From assembly GCF_054482595.1 (NCBI RefSeq), contig NZ_CM137008.1: a stretch of DNA of 64,000 bases; one strand, written 5' to 3'. Shown here in pieces: positions 51,495-62,241 of the stretch. The number at the start of each line of letters is the position of its first letter. Positions within the stretch are counted from its first letter, which is position 1. The notes beneath the pieces are model-generated. The model was given only the letters and a program-made list of their open reading frames with translations. It had not been told where the DNA came from and did no database searches. Made by a program: the position numbers and the translations under genes.

Positions 51495-51904
51495 TGAATG
51501 CGTCATATGCAGTTATTGAAAATGGGATGGTTGTGAATGTCATTGTCTGGGATGGCGAGGCTGAATTCACAGTGCCGGATAATCAGCAGCTCATTGATAT
51601 TTCTGATATCAGTGAGCATCCCGGAATCGGCTGGGGGTATTCAGACGGGGTATTTACTGCGCCGCTCCCTCCGGAACGTTCTCATGATGAACTGGTAGCT
51701 GACGCTGAACAGAAAAAACAGTCGCTGATAGACGCAGCAATGGCCAATATCAGCGTGATTCAGTTAAAGCTGCAGGCCGGGCGCAAACTGACGCAAGAAG
51801 AAACTACCCGACTTAACGTTGTGCTGGATTACATTGACGCGGTGACAGCAACTGATACCAGCACCGCGCCAGATGTCATCTGGCCTGAACTGCCGGAGGC
51901 GTAG
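51494..51904 (+). CDS. tail fibre assembly chaperone (expressed orientation)
   Basis: The start was chosen at [11 protein letters not shown]. It has a GAGGAG Shine-Dalgarno and a TAATG overlap with the fibre gene. Confidence 0.8.
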   Translation: MNASYAVIENGMVVNVIVWDGEAEFTVPDNQQLIDISDISEHPGIGWGYSDGVFTAPLPPERSHDELVADAEQKKQSLIDAAMANISVIQLKLQAGRKLTQEETTRLNVVLDYIDAVTATDTSTAPDVIWPELPEA

Positions 51905-52316
51905 GCCATTCAATATCTGGCCCACTGGAAGTATCGACCAGCTCCAGTGCGTCCAGATAATCCAGCCACAAATTATATTGCGCCAGTTCCTCACCTTTCA
52001 GACGACCAATAGCCGCTTTACCAGCCCATTGTTTACTGTTCATATAATCGTTAGCCTGATTAATCAATTGCTGCTTTTCCAGTTCGGCTGCAGCAATCTG
52101 TTCCTCATGTGTTGGTGGTGGAATTTCAGACCATGCAGGAAAACCATTTTCTCCAGCGATACGGATTTTTCCTTTCGGCGGTAATCCGGAAAACTCAATA
52201 TACGCTTGCTCATCAACTTCAACAGCATCATCTGGCCATGAGTCAGCTTGAGTGTAATCCTCTTTCATTTCCAGTGGATAGAAAGAGTTTGTAGTCGCGG
52301 AATATATGTAATTCAT
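51876..52316 (-). CDS. alternative tail fibre assembly chaperone (Tfa family, silent orientation)
   Basis: The 146-aa ORF begins MNYIYSATTNSFYPLEMKEDY, typical of the TfaE and TfaP families. Confidence 0.85.
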   Translation of the reverse strand: MNYIYSATTNSFYPLEMKEDYTQADSWPDDAVEVDEQAYIEFSGLPPKGKIRIAGENGFPAWSEIPPPTHEEQIAAAELEKQQLINQANDYMNSKQWAGKAAIGRLKGEELAQYNLWLDYLDALELVDTSSGPDIEWPTPPAVQAR

Positions 52317-52337
52317 TTTTCACTCCATATAGCTAAA

Positions 52338-52690
52338 TTAACAGCCTAACGCTAAAAATGAAGCGCCGAGACCTGGAGTACTGGCTCTGGATATAAATTT
52401 AACCGGGTCGGAACTAAAACCTGCGCAGGCAATATAACCAACAGACCCGCTATCTGGTGTGTAGTCTTGTGAGACCAAAACACGCAGACATCGGTTTGGA
52501 AATGCAATCGGAAAATGGGTTACCACATCCTGTGCAATGCCTGGTGCGCCGATTGAGCCCCACTGAAGAATAAAACCAGATGGTAATTTTTGATATCCAG
52601 TACCTGAAACAGAAAGCGTGAAGCTACCCATATCAGGTATCTGATTCGTCCCTGTCCCCACATTCCTTTTTGCCGCTTCTCCCAAACCAA
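52338..52690 (-). other. alternative tail-fibre C-terminal exon (silent, lacks its own start; would fuse to the fibre N-terminus after inversion)
   Basis: The open frame runs from the crossover site (..[23 protein letters not shown]..) to a stop at 52338. Confidence 0.75.
52668..52690. repeat. right inverted crossover site of the invertible fibre segment
   Basis: It is the inverted partner of 50848-50869. Confidence 0.8.
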
Positions 52691-52756
52691 CGTTTATGAA
52701 AATGCAGAAATAACAAGCAAATGGCATCATTCCTGCTTTTGTCAGGGAGATCTATC

Positions 52757-52885
52757 ATGCTTATTGGTTATGTACGCGTATCAACAAATGACCAGAATAC
52801 CGATCTACAACGCAATGCGCTGAACTGTGCAGGGTGTGAGCTGATTTTTGAAGACAAGATAAGCGGTACAAAGTCCGAGACCTAG
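52757..52885 (+). pseudogene. pin: truncated Pin/Gin-type serine invertase (only 42 codons remain)
   Basis: MLIGYVRVSTNDQNTDLQRNAL matches the N-terminus of serine invertases and includes the catalytic Ser region. The frame ends at about codon 42, where homology stops. Confidence 0.85.
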
Positions 52886-52932
52886 GGCTGACACTGCTGT
52901 TCTTGATGCAAATTAAAGGATTTAATAGTGAG

Positions 52933-52960
52933 TAGCGGCCTTACTAATGTAAGGCCGCTA
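52933..52960. terminator. 11-bp perfect hairpin downstream of the DUF262/DUF1524 gene
   Basis: The hairpin is TAGCGGCCTTActaatgTAAGGCCGCTA. Confidence 0.6.
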
Positions 52961-52980
52961 TAATCATTTTATTAATTGCA

Positions 52981-54870
52981 TTAATCGTGTTTTGGCCATA
53001 CTTTCAATGCAATTTCCCCCAACTTTTTACCCCGCTCCAGGATTTCATCCTCATCCCATTTATCCTTAACTATAAGTGGAATGTTCAGTCGTAGATTGGT
53101 GTGGACGATGAGAGCATCACGTTTTTTCAGAAATACAGCATTCTGAACAGAACGGTTTACGCTAAGGTTAAGCAAAGTTAGATTTCCCAACGTAGCTATC
53201 GCTTGTTGCCGTTTCCTTACCAGTAGCTGTTCAGGGGTAAGATCGGTTCCAGACAGAACAATTTGGTTCAATACCGTAGCATCTGAATTTGTCACCATAT
53301 GACCATTTTCGAGAGGCCAACAGGAAAACCAACTTTGAGGCATAAGATGATCGATATCGAGATTGGAAAGATTTGGACCATCAGGCTTCTCTGTCTTCAC
53401 TTGGCGACAAAGTTCTCTTTCAAGTTCCGTTAACATTGAGCGCATTTTCGGTGCGTCGAGCCTGCCAGGATAAAGTGGAGCATTGATGCAAGCATTGAGA
53501 AATTCTGAGTCACCAGGCCAACGTGAGGCTTCGCCATTTAAGCTATTGAGGATATTACGTAACTCAACACTGGAAATTTCCGTTTTAGACAAGTGCCGCA
53601 ATACATTCATAAATACATTGTTGTAATTCTTTGGCGTCAGGCCACATACGGCTCTTCGTACTACGTAGGAGACAAGATCATTATACATGGCTGCTTTCTC
53701 ATCATCAGCGATGTTAGCTATCGAAATGAACAAAGCAAGCGGATAAAGTGTCGTCACATCATAGTCTGCGATGCGATATCCAAAGTGTGAGATGGGGGTT
53801 GTGCCAAAACCATCAACCAATTCTTTATATTGTGATGCATATTGTTTGAGGCGCTTTACTTGCAGATCTGCTCGTTGTGAAGACAAGTCCTTACTTACAT
53901 AATCACGATACTCATTGTAAAGGCGAGACAGATCAATTTCACGCTGCCTTTCTGATTGCAATGTCGCATGTACTAGCCACTCCATGCGTGGTTTATTAAT
54001 ACGTCCACGGCGTTGCTTTTCCGACCAGTATTTATCTTCAAAGCTCTTCCACTCATTTTCATATAATTCAATAGCATTAATATTTTCATGCTCAGCGCAC
54101 ATAAAGATATAGTTGCGAATAAGATCCGTGGCATGAAGTTCCGCCCCTCGCCCATTTAATGTTTCAAAAATTATTTGGGCATCATCTTCAGCTTCGAGAA
54201 ATATGCTTACCAGTTTCAGATCTGTTAAGACAGCCTCAATTAGAGCTACAGCATTTTCTTGTGGTGAGTGGTTTTCTATTTTAATCCATTTTATAAAGGC
54301 TTCAGTAAAAAAACATAATGCTTCTAGTGATGGCGGGTGATTAAAATGCTTACGCAACGTACCATGCTGCGTGAAACTATCAGAGAATACGTCCCGGAGA
54401 TCGTCAATATTTTCAACATTAAAACTTTGAATAAAATGAGTTTGATCCCGAAAAGTTGGCCATAGTTTGAAGCGTTCTACTTCTTTATTTCGCATTGTGT
54501 CTTCGTTTGAGTTTTTCAGGCAAGGCGAAATGAGAGCCTCTAAGCTGAAAAGATCCGTAGCACGTAATGCTAATCGGATGGATGCCAGAACATATTGAAG
54601 AGTGGTCAATCGTTGCTGACCATCAATAATATGTATGGAATCTACACCTAATAATCCTTTTTTTGATTGAGGTTCCAGTACAACCGCACCAAGGAAATGG
54701 GGAGTTGGTTTTGTACCCGAGAGCCGGGATTGTGCTTTCTCTAGGATATCCTCCAGTAGAGCTGACCATTGGTCTTGCTGAGTCCATACATAGGCACGTT
54801 GATAGAATGGAACACAGTATTGTCGGCGGTCTTGAAAAAGTTGTTGGACAGTTAGCGTCTCGGATTTCAT
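52981..54870 (-). CDS. DUF262 (ParB-like NTPase) plus DUF1524 (His-Me/HNH nuclease) protein, GmrSD/BrxU-like type IV restriction candidate
   Basis: The N-terminus has FYQRAYVW and IIDGQQRLTT motifs. The C-terminus has DIDHLMPQSW ... LGNLTLLNLSVNRSVQN. The start was chosen at MKSETLTVQQ; the ORF track extends to 54930. Confidence 0.85.
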   Translation of the reverse strand: MKSETLTVQQLFQDRRQYCVPFYQRAYVWTQQDQWSALLEDILEKAQSRLSGTKPTPHFLGAVVLEPQSKKGLLGVDSIHIIDGQQRLTTLQYVLASIRLALRATDLFSLEALISPCLKNSNEDTMRNKEVERFKLWPTFRDQTHFIQSFNVENIDDLRDVFSDSFTQHGTLRKHFNHPPSLEALCFFTEAFIKWIKIENHSPQENAVALIEAVLTDLKLVSIFLEAEDDAQIIFETLNGRGAELHATDLIRNYIFMCAEHENINAIELYENEWKSFEDKYWSEKQRRGRINKPRMEWLVHATLQSERQREIDLSRLYNEYRDYVSKDLSSQRADLQVKRLKQYASQYKELVDGFGTTPISHFGYRIADYDVTTLYPLALFISIANIADDEKAAMYNDLVSYVVRRAVCGLTPKNYNNVFMNVLRHLSKTEISSVELRNILNSLNGEASRWPGDSEFLNACINAPLYPGRLDAPKMRSMLTELERELCRQVKTEKPDGPNLSNLDIDHLMPQSWFSCWPLENGHMVTNSDATVLNQIVLSGTDLTPEQLLVRKRQQAIATLGNLTLLNLSVNRSVQNAVFLKKRDALIVHTNLRLNIPLIVKDKWDEDEILERGKKLGEIALKVWPKHD

Positions 54871-55294
54871 GGTATACCTGTAAGCGACATTGTACAAAAG
54901 TGAGGAGTTAATCTGATTTAGAACAATCATTTTATTTTGCTATGATACAACGTATTTGTTACCGGTTAAGCAAAAAACGCGTCTGAACGCTGACGTTTTA
55001 GGGCTTTACTGGTTATTCTTTCTTATCTCTTCATCATCCCATCGGCATCCTGTCGAGGTTGTTGACTTGTTGTTATTTATTTTGTCTAGGCGCTGTTTAA
55101 TTATTATTGATAGAACTGATGGTGAGAGGTGATTGAAACCGTAGGCACGTCGTTTGCAAGGACGTGCTACGACTGGCTGGTGAATTTCCGATAGTGCGAG
55201 TATTGAATGATTTCCTACGTGCTAACTAGTGAACAAACAACTCTTCAGTAGACTCTCAGGTATCATTCAGAGTTTCCTGAACGAAAGTTTTAGC

Positions 55295-55472
55295 TCAATC
55301 TTTATCTGCAGTATGTCTAACTGAAAAACTATCGTTGCTGGTGGCTTTTACGATCATCTCCACATCGTCATAACGCTTGCCAATGTGTTGGGTTAATTCT
55401 TCCTTTAACGCGTCCACAGCGCCGTTTGGCATTTGGTCATTTGTCTTTGGCTATGGAGATCTCAATACGCAT
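55295..55472 (-). pseudogene. DinI-like gene remnant (frameshifted and truncated)
   Basis: Hand translation gives [11 protein letters not shown]. After a frame change it gives [37 protein letters not shown]. Together these resemble DinI (MRIEVTIAKTSPLPAGAIDALAGELSRRI...). Confidence 0.5.
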
Positions 55473-55705
55473 AACACTTCTTTTGTACTGCGTTTGTAGA
55501 CAGTATTATTCTTATCTGTGTAAATAAACAGTATCAAGACTTCGTTTTAGCTGCATAAGAAAAAAGAGATGGATACATTCGGAAAGCTTTTGATGGTGGT
55601 AGGCTAAGTGAATAGCCTAAAGGTGTTTTACCCCAATTATTCCCCGGTATTTCTCCGCATAAAAAACAATCATAAAAAAACCAGCCATAATAGGCTGGTT
55701 TTTAA

Positions 55706-55762
55706 GGGATTTTTGGTCGGCACGAGAGGATTTGAACCTCCGACCCCCGACACCCCATGACG
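55706..55762. repeat. attR: 57-bp repeat forming the 3' part of the intact proL
   Basis: It is identical to 16229-16285. Confidence 0.92.
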
Positions 55763-55790
55763 GTGCGCTACCAGGCTGCGCTACGTGCCG
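55714..55790 (-). tRNA. proL: tRNA-Pro (anticodon GGG)
   Basis: The reverse complement reads CGGCACGTAGCGCAGCCTGGTAGCGCACCGTCATGGGGTGTCGGGGGTCGGAGGTTCAAATCCTCTCGTGCCGACCA. It folds by hand into a cloverleaf, with anticodon loop AUGGGGU and a terminal CCA. Confidence 0.93.
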
Positions 55791-55864
55791 ACTCGTGGCT
55801 GTTAATACTACCGTTTTCCACACCGATTGCAAGTAAGATATTTCGCTAACTGATTTATAATTAA

Positions 55865-57625
55865 TCAGTTAGCGATAAAACGCTTCTCGTCTGTCAGTAC
55901 TTGCAATAACAAACTTAACTGTGGTTTTTCATCTTTCACTCTTTCACCACGTAAGTTGTAAGTGCGGTATTTACCGTTATTGTTCAGCACCAGCGTCTTT
56001 TTCGGGGTGGTAATTGCCAGCGTATCGTTATCCGCTGCGGTAACCCAGTAATGACGGCGTTGAGGGTTGAACAAATCCTGACCTTGCGAATATTCGCTGG
56101 CAGGTGTGCTGACATGTAGCAGGCGTTGCATCAGCGTCGTCATCAGATCGGTATGATCAGTCAGCGCATTAATACGCTGCGCCGGCGTGCCTGGCCAGTG
56201 AATCACTAATGGCACCTGCAGATGACCGTGGGACCAGTCAAAGGTTTCTTCCTCTTCGCTCAGTGGAATACCCCGACCGGCAGTGATAATCACCACCGTG
56301 TTGTCCAGTTTGCCAGAATCACGCAGTGCATTGAGCACGCGGTTGATCTGGTCATCGACATTGCCTGCCGCCCGGCTATATTTCCGTGCAAATGCCTGCT
56401 GATTGCTGTCGTCAATGTTAGTGCCATTGAAAGAGACCCACGAGAACCAGCGGTTATCTTCTTGTGCGTAGCGGCCCAGCCAGTTGATCCACTGCGTGGC
56501 GGTCTGCTCGTCGGATTGGGTGCGTACGCTCGGCATCGAGAAATCTGACAACAATGCCTGGCGATACAGCGGGCTGGTAAAGCCATCTGATGAGAATAAC
56601 CCCAGCTGATAGCCTTGCTGATTAAGCGCAGTAATTAATGCCGCAGGCGTACGGGTCGACAGAATGCCGTCCATATAGCTCGGCGAGATGCCATAGAACA
56701 GGCCAAAGATGCCGTTGTCTGTAGTGTTGCCGGAGCTCATATGGCGCGTAAACGAAATATTTTGCTCAGCAAAACCTGCCAGCGCAGGCATCTGCTTCTC
56801 GAAGCGTGAGTAGTTCAGGCCATCGACAGTAATCAACAGCACATTCTGCCCAGTGCCCATATCGCGATAGCGCAGTTCGCTTAACGGATACTGAACGGAA
56901 ACGGCGTCTGGATTACCTTGCTCAATAAGACGGCGTTGATACTCCTGCGCATCAAGCAGGCCATGCTTCTCAAGAAAACGTCGCGCCGTCATCGGGTACG
57001 AAAGCGGCAGGTTAGCGCGCTGCATGGTGATCGGGCGATAGAAGTTGGCATCGGCCCAGATATACACCACATGCGAGGCGATAAAGGCGATAAATAAGAA
57101 TGCGGCCAGCGGGCGCGCGAAGCGCCGACGACGCGTCAGGCTGCGCAGCTTTTGCCAGCTCCACGTCGCAAACACCAGTTCAAGCAATAAAATAACCGGC
57201 ACGCTGATGAACATCAGCTGCCAGTCGCGCGCCATCTCATTTTCGTCTGGGTTGATAACCAGTTGCCAGACGATGGGATTAAGATGGAGATGGAAACGAG
57301 TAAAGACTTCGCTATCGATCAGTAATAGCGTCATTCCCGCCGTTGCCAGAATGACGGACAAAAACCTCATCAGCCTCTGGGAGCCGACGATAAAGGTCAG
57401 CGGGAAGAGGATCAGCAAGTAGGCGGCGAACACCAGGAAGCTGAAATGGCCGATAATGCTTACGTAGGAATAAATGCGACCAGCAAGCGTGGTCGGCCAG
57501 TCGGCGATAAACAGGTAACGGCTGCCAATGACGAGCGAAAGCAGAATATTGAACAGTGCAAACCAGTGCCCCCAACTGACCATCTGGGAGACTTTTTCAC
57601 GGTAGCGCTGACGATGAGTTACCAT
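55865..57625 (-). CDS. yejM: inner-membrane LPS/cardiolipin regulator YejM (PbgA/LapC)
   Basis: The 586-aa ORF has 5 N-terminal TM helices and a sulfatase-like periplasmic domain. Confidence 0.95.
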   Translation of the reverse strand: MVTHRQRYREKVSQMVSWGHWFALFNILLSLVIGSRYLFIADWPTTLAGRIYSYVSIIGHFSFLVFAAYLLILFPLTFIVGSQRLMRFLSVILATAGMTLLLIDSEVFTRFHLHLNPIVWQLVINPDENEMARDWQLMFISVPVILLLELVFATWSWQKLRSLTRRRRFARPLAAFLFIAFIASHVVYIWADANFYRPITMQRANLPLSYPMTARRFLEKHGLLDAQEYQRRLIEQGNPDAVSVQYPLSELRYRDMGTGQNVLLITVDGLNYSRFEKQMPALAGFAEQNISFTRHMSSGNTTDNGIFGLFYGISPSYMDGILSTRTPAALITALNQQGYQLGLFSSDGFTSPLYRQALLSDFSMPSVRTQSDEQTATQWINWLGRYAQEDNRWFSWVSFNGTNIDDSNQQAFARKYSRAAGNVDDQINRVLNALRDSGKLDNTVVIITAGRGIPLSEEEETFDWSHGHLQVPLVIHWPGTPAQRINALTDHTDLMTTLMQRLLHVSTPASEYSQGQDLFNPQRRHYWVTAADNDTLAITTPKKTLVLNNNGKYRTYNLRGERVKDEKPQLSLLLQVLTDEKRFIAN

Positions 57626-57644
57626 AACCTGTTATCTGTTTCCC

Positions 57645-57872
57645 TTAGTGCGCTTTGTCTTCGTTGATAGAGGACTGTAAGGCGCGGGCAAAAGAGTTGG
57701 CAATTGCCTGGCGTTGGGCCGGGGCAATGCTGGTGTTGATAAGGTTAGTGACCATGTTGCCTAACACCATCAGGGAAAGGTCGGTCGGAGCCTTATGTTT
57801 TTCCAGTACGTTGAGCAGCTCTGCGAGCAATTGTTCAACCTGTTCATCACTGTAGCGGGAAATTTGTGGCAT
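57645..57872 (-). CDS. yejL: UPF0352 protein YejL
   Basis: The 75-aa ORF begins [20 protein letters not shown]. Confidence 0.93.
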
Positions 57873-58053
57873 AAATCGAAATCAGTTAGTTGATGAAAGG
57901 GCAACATATTACCGTAGCAACGGTTTTTTTTCTGCTTTTTTATGCGTTAAATCATTCTCGTTACGCCGCCTTCTGTAAAATGACCGCCATCTTTTATTGC
58001 GTCGCTTAACCGGCGGTGGTTGAATACCGCCCGGTCTTAAAGGAGAGTTTATC

Positions 58054-59061
58054 ATGAGTCTGGATATCAACCAGATTGCTCTGCACCAGCTTATCAAGCG
58101 TGATGAGCAGAACCTTGAGCTGGTGTTGCGCGATTCATTGCTGGAACCGACAGAAACCGTCGTTGAGATGGTGGCAGAACTGCATCGGGTCTATAGCGCC
58201 AAAAATAAAGCTTACGGCTTGTTTAGCGAAGAGAGTGAACTGGCGCAGACGCTGCGCTTACAGCGTCAGGGTGAAGAGGACTTTCTGGCATTTAGCCGCG
58301 CGGCAACCGGTCGCCTGCGTGACGAATTAGCGAAATATCCTTTTGCTGACGGTGGATTCGTGCTGTTTTGCCACTATCGCTATCTGGCGGTGGAGTATTT
58401 GCTGGTGGCAGTTCTGAGCAACCTGAGCAGTATGCGCGTTAACGAAAATCTCGACATCAACCCAACCCATTATCTTGATATCAATCATGCGGATATTGTT
58501 GCGCGTATCGATTTAACCGAATGGGAAACCAATCCAGAGTCCACCCGCTATCTCACTTTCCTGAAAGGGAGAGTAGGGCGCAAAGTGGCGGATTTCTTTA
58601 TGGATTTCCTCGGGGCCAGCGAAGGTTTAAACGCGAAAGCGCAAAACCGTGGGCTGTTGCAAGCGGTTGATGATTTCACTGCCGAAGCACAACTGGATAA
58701 AGCAGAGCGACAGAACGTGCGCCAGCAGGTTTATAGCTACTGTAATGAGCAGCTGCAGGCAGGCGAAGAGATCGAACTGGAATCGCTGTCGAAAGAGCTG
58801 GCAGGCGTAAGCGAAGTGAGCTTCACGGAGTTTGCGGCTGAAAAAGGCTACGAACTGGAAGAGAGCTTCCCGGCAGACCGTAGCACACTGCGTCAGTTGA
58901 CGAAGTTTGCCGGTAGCGGCGGTGGCTTGACTATTAACTTTGATGCGATGCTGTTAGGTGAACGCATCTTCTGGGATCCAGCAACCGATACCTTGACCAT
59001 TAAAGGCACGCCGCCGAATTTGCGCGACCAATTGCAGCGCCGGACGTCCGGCGGCAATTAA
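58054..59061 (+). CDS. yejK: nucleoid-associated protein YejK (NdpA)
   Basis: The 335-aa ORF begins [19 protein letters not shown]. Confidence 0.95.
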
Positions 59062-59080
59062 TCGGTTTTGTGTTCTGAAT

Positions 59081-59114
59081 GCCAGATGCGGCGTGAACGC
59101 CTTATCTGGCCTGC
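59081..59114. repeat. REP element
   Basis: GCCAGATGCGGCGTGAACGCCTTATCTGGCCTGC is a near copy of the REP at 12424. Confidence 0.8.
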
Positions 59115-59154
59115 AAAAAATAGCAATACCGTAATCAGGCATAATCTGCAGATA

Positions 59155-59182
59155 CAAAAAACCCCGCCGGTGCGGGGTTTTT
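59155..59182. terminator. bidirectional intrinsic terminator downstream of rplY
   Basis: The hairpin is AAAAAACCCCGCcggtGCGGGGTTTTTT. Confidence 0.8.
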
Positions 59183-59199
59183 TACAACTTATTCAGCAA

Positions 59200-59592
<393 letters not shown>

Positions 59593-59608
59593 TCAATCAA
59601 AACTACCA

Positions 59609-61369
59609 TTAACCGCGTAATTCGTGCGCCCGACGAAAACGACCTTCGTAATCGAACACTTTTTCACGCACTTGCCAGTACTGACCTTTCATGCGGGCAA
59701 CGACAAAATCCGGGTGTCGCAATAAGGCTTGCTGGGCGAGGATATCGGCGGCGGTGATCCAGCGCAGAGGGATGCCCGGTGTGCGCGTATGCGGGCGGAT
59801 AAAAAGCTGCTCGAAAGCAGTTCGCTGGGCGGGCGTTTGCAGACGGAAACGCTCACTCACATCCGCGCCGTCTTCATCGTAATAGGTGATTTTCAACCAT
59901 TCGCCTTTCTCGTCGTGCCCATGCTGCAAAGACATGCCGCTACAGCGTAATACCAGCGCATCTTTCAGTCGTAGCGCCGCTTTTAACATATCATCCGGAT
60001 CAACCAGTACCGTGTCACATTCGCGGCAGCGGCGAGCGGCAATATCATTTTCTGCGTTACATTGCGGGCAATTTTTAAAACGGAAACGGAAGTCACACTG
60101 TTCGCGATGACCGTCGTCATCTTCAAACCATCCCTGACAGCGGCGACCAAAGTGTTCAATCAATGTCCCGTCGGCGGTCGTTTTCCCCCAAAAGGTGTTG
60201 GCAAAACCGCAGGCAGGGCAGAAAACCTGTACCGGAACGTTGTCACTTTTGCCTTTCGGTGTACCAACTTCCGGCGCGTAGAGATCGTGAGGATTACCCG
60301 CATAATCAAGAATTAAACAATCAGTCTTGCCCGGAGCGAGACGCAGACCGCGCCCGACAATTTGTTGGTAAAGACTCACTGATTCGGTAGGGCGCAGAAT
60401 GGCGATAAGATCGACGTGCGGGGCGTCAAATCCGGTGGTCAGTACCGCGACGTTGACCAGATAGCGAAAACGCTGGGCTTTAAAATCTTCAATTAACACA
60501 TCGCGCTCAGCGCCGGGGGTGTCGCCAGTAATCAGTGCAGCATCTTCGGCGGGTAGTAATCCCACAATCTCTTTTGCGTGTTCAACGGTGGCGGCGAAAA
60601 TCATCACCCCTTTGCGCGTTGCAGCAAACTCCATAATCTGGCTGATGATGTGCGGGGTAATACGTTGTTGTTTTTTTAGCTCGCGGTTGAGATCGGCTTC
60701 GCTGAACAGCCCATTACTCTGTGCCTGCAAGCGGCTGAAATCGTATTGCACTACTGGCATATCCAGTCGTTCTGGCGGCGTCAGATAGCCGTGTTTAATC
60801 ATATAACGCAGCGGCAGTTCATAAATGCAGTCACGGAAAAGGGCTTTCTCATCGCCGCGTACCATGCCGTGATAATGGAACTGGTAGATCCAGCCTTTGC
60901 CCAGTCGAAAAGGCGTGGCAGTCAGCCCCAGCAGGCGTAAGTGGGGATTCACTTTTGTCAGGTGAGTGAGGATTTGCTGATACTGGCTCTCTTCATCGTC
61001 ACCAATACGGTGACATTCATCGACAATCAACAGCGAAAATTCACCCTGAAAGGCATCAAGATTACGGGCGACCGACTGCACACTGCCAAATACCACTTTA
61101 CCGTGGCTCTCTTTGCGCTTTAGCCCGGCGGCAAAAATATCGGCTTCCAGTCCCAGTGCCTGATATTTTGCATGGTTTTGCGCCACCAGTTCTTTAACGT
61201 GTGCCAGCACCAGCACGCGACCACGAGCCAGCCGTGCCAGTTCCGCTATCACCAGGCTTTTACCTGCGCCGGTGGGCAGCACGATAACGGCAGGGGTTTT
61301 ATGACGACGAAAATGGTTGAGCGTGGCATCCACGGCTTCTTGCTGATATGGGCGAAGTGTAAAAATCAT
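59609..61369 (-). CDS. radD: SF2 DNA repair helicase RadD (YejH)
   Basis: The 586-aa ORF has a Walker A motif TGAGKS, a DECH box and a C-terminal zinc-ribbon Cys cluster. Confidence 0.94.
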   Translation of the reverse strand: MIFTLRPYQQEAVDATLNHFRRHKTPAVIVLPTGAGKSLVIAELARLARGRVLVLAHVKELVAQNHAKYQALGLEADIFAAGLKRKESHGKVVFGSVQSVARNLDAFQGEFSLLIVDECHRIGDDEESQYQQILTHLTKVNPHLRLLGLTATPFRLGKGWIYQFHYHGMVRGDEKALFRDCIYELPLRYMIKHGYLTPPERLDMPVVQYDFSRLQAQSNGLFSEADLNRELKKQQRITPHIISQIMEFAATRKGVMIFAATVEHAKEIVGLLPAEDAALITGDTPGAERDVLIEDFKAQRFRYLVNVAVLTTGFDAPHVDLIAILRPTESVSLYQQIVGRGLRLAPGKTDCLILDYAGNPHDLYAPEVGTPKGKSDNVPVQVFCPACGFANTFWGKTTADGTLIEHFGRRCQGWFEDDDGHREQCDFRFRFKNCPQCNAENDIAARRCRECDTVLVDPDDMLKAALRLKDALVLRCSGMSLQHGHDEKGEWLKITYYDEDGADVSERFRLQTPAQRTAFEQLFIRPHTRTPGIPLRWITAADILAQQALLRHPDFVVARMKGQYWQVREKVFDYEGRFRRAHELRG

Positions 61370-61518
61370 GGTCTCGCGTAGGTAGATTATTCTGCTAATA
61401 GTATGCCACGGATCTTTTTCCCTTGAGGGATGTTATTAGACCGCTATACTGGGCAGACAACAGTTCAGATTTTCGGGTCATTACCCGACCTCCGTTTTTT
61501 ACAGGCAAAATCACACAC

Positions 61519-62214
61519 ATGCGACTTGATAAATTTATCGCACAGCAACTCGGTGTTAGCCGTGCTATTGCCGGGCGTGAAATCCGCGGCAATCGTGTCA
61601 CCGTTGATGGCGAAATCGTCCGTAATGCAGCGTTCAAACTGCTTCCTGAACATGATGTCGCTTACGATGGCAACCCGCTGGCGCAGCAACACGGTCCACG
61701 TTACTTCATGCTCAATAAGCCTCAGGGCTATGTTTGCTCCACGGACGACCCTGATCACCCAACGGTGCTCTATTTTCTTGATGAACCAGTGGCGTGGAAA
61801 CTGCACGCCGCAGGGCGGCTGGATATCGATACCACCGGTCTGGTGCTGATGACTGATGATGGTCAGTGGTCGCACCGCATTACTTCTCCGCGCCATCATT
61901 GCGAGAAGACCTATCTGGTGACGCTGGAATCACCCGTAGCTGACGATACGGCAGAGCAATTTGCTAAAGGCGTGCAGCTGCATAACGAAAAAGATCTCAC
62001 TAAGCCGGCGGTGCTGGAAGTGATTACCCCAACGCAGGTTCGTCTGACCATCAGCGAAGGGCGTTATCATCAGGTGAAACGCATGTTCGCCGCTGTGGGT
62101 AACCATGTGGTTGAGCTGCATCGTGAACGTATTGGCGGCATTACGCTGGATGCTGATTTAGCCCCCGGTGAATATCGTCCGTTAACTGAAGAAGAAATTG
62201 CCAGCGTCGTCTAA
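61519..62214 (+). CDS. rsuA: 16S rRNA pseudouridine-516 synthase RsuA
   Basis: The start was chosen at [15 protein letters not shown] (231 aa). The protein has an S4 domain and a GRLDIDTTG catalytic motif. Confidence 0.95.
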
Positions 62215-62241
62215 CTTTTCAATGACTTTCAGGAGCCCGTT

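Larger units (their letters stand above)
16229..55762. mobile_element. integrated e14/SfV-like mosaic prophage (about 39.5 kb) in proL
   Basis: It is flanked by a 57-bp direct repeat containing the tRNA 3' end. The integrase lies next to attL. The complement of immunity, replication, lysis, head and contractile-tail genes appears complete. Confidence 0.93.
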
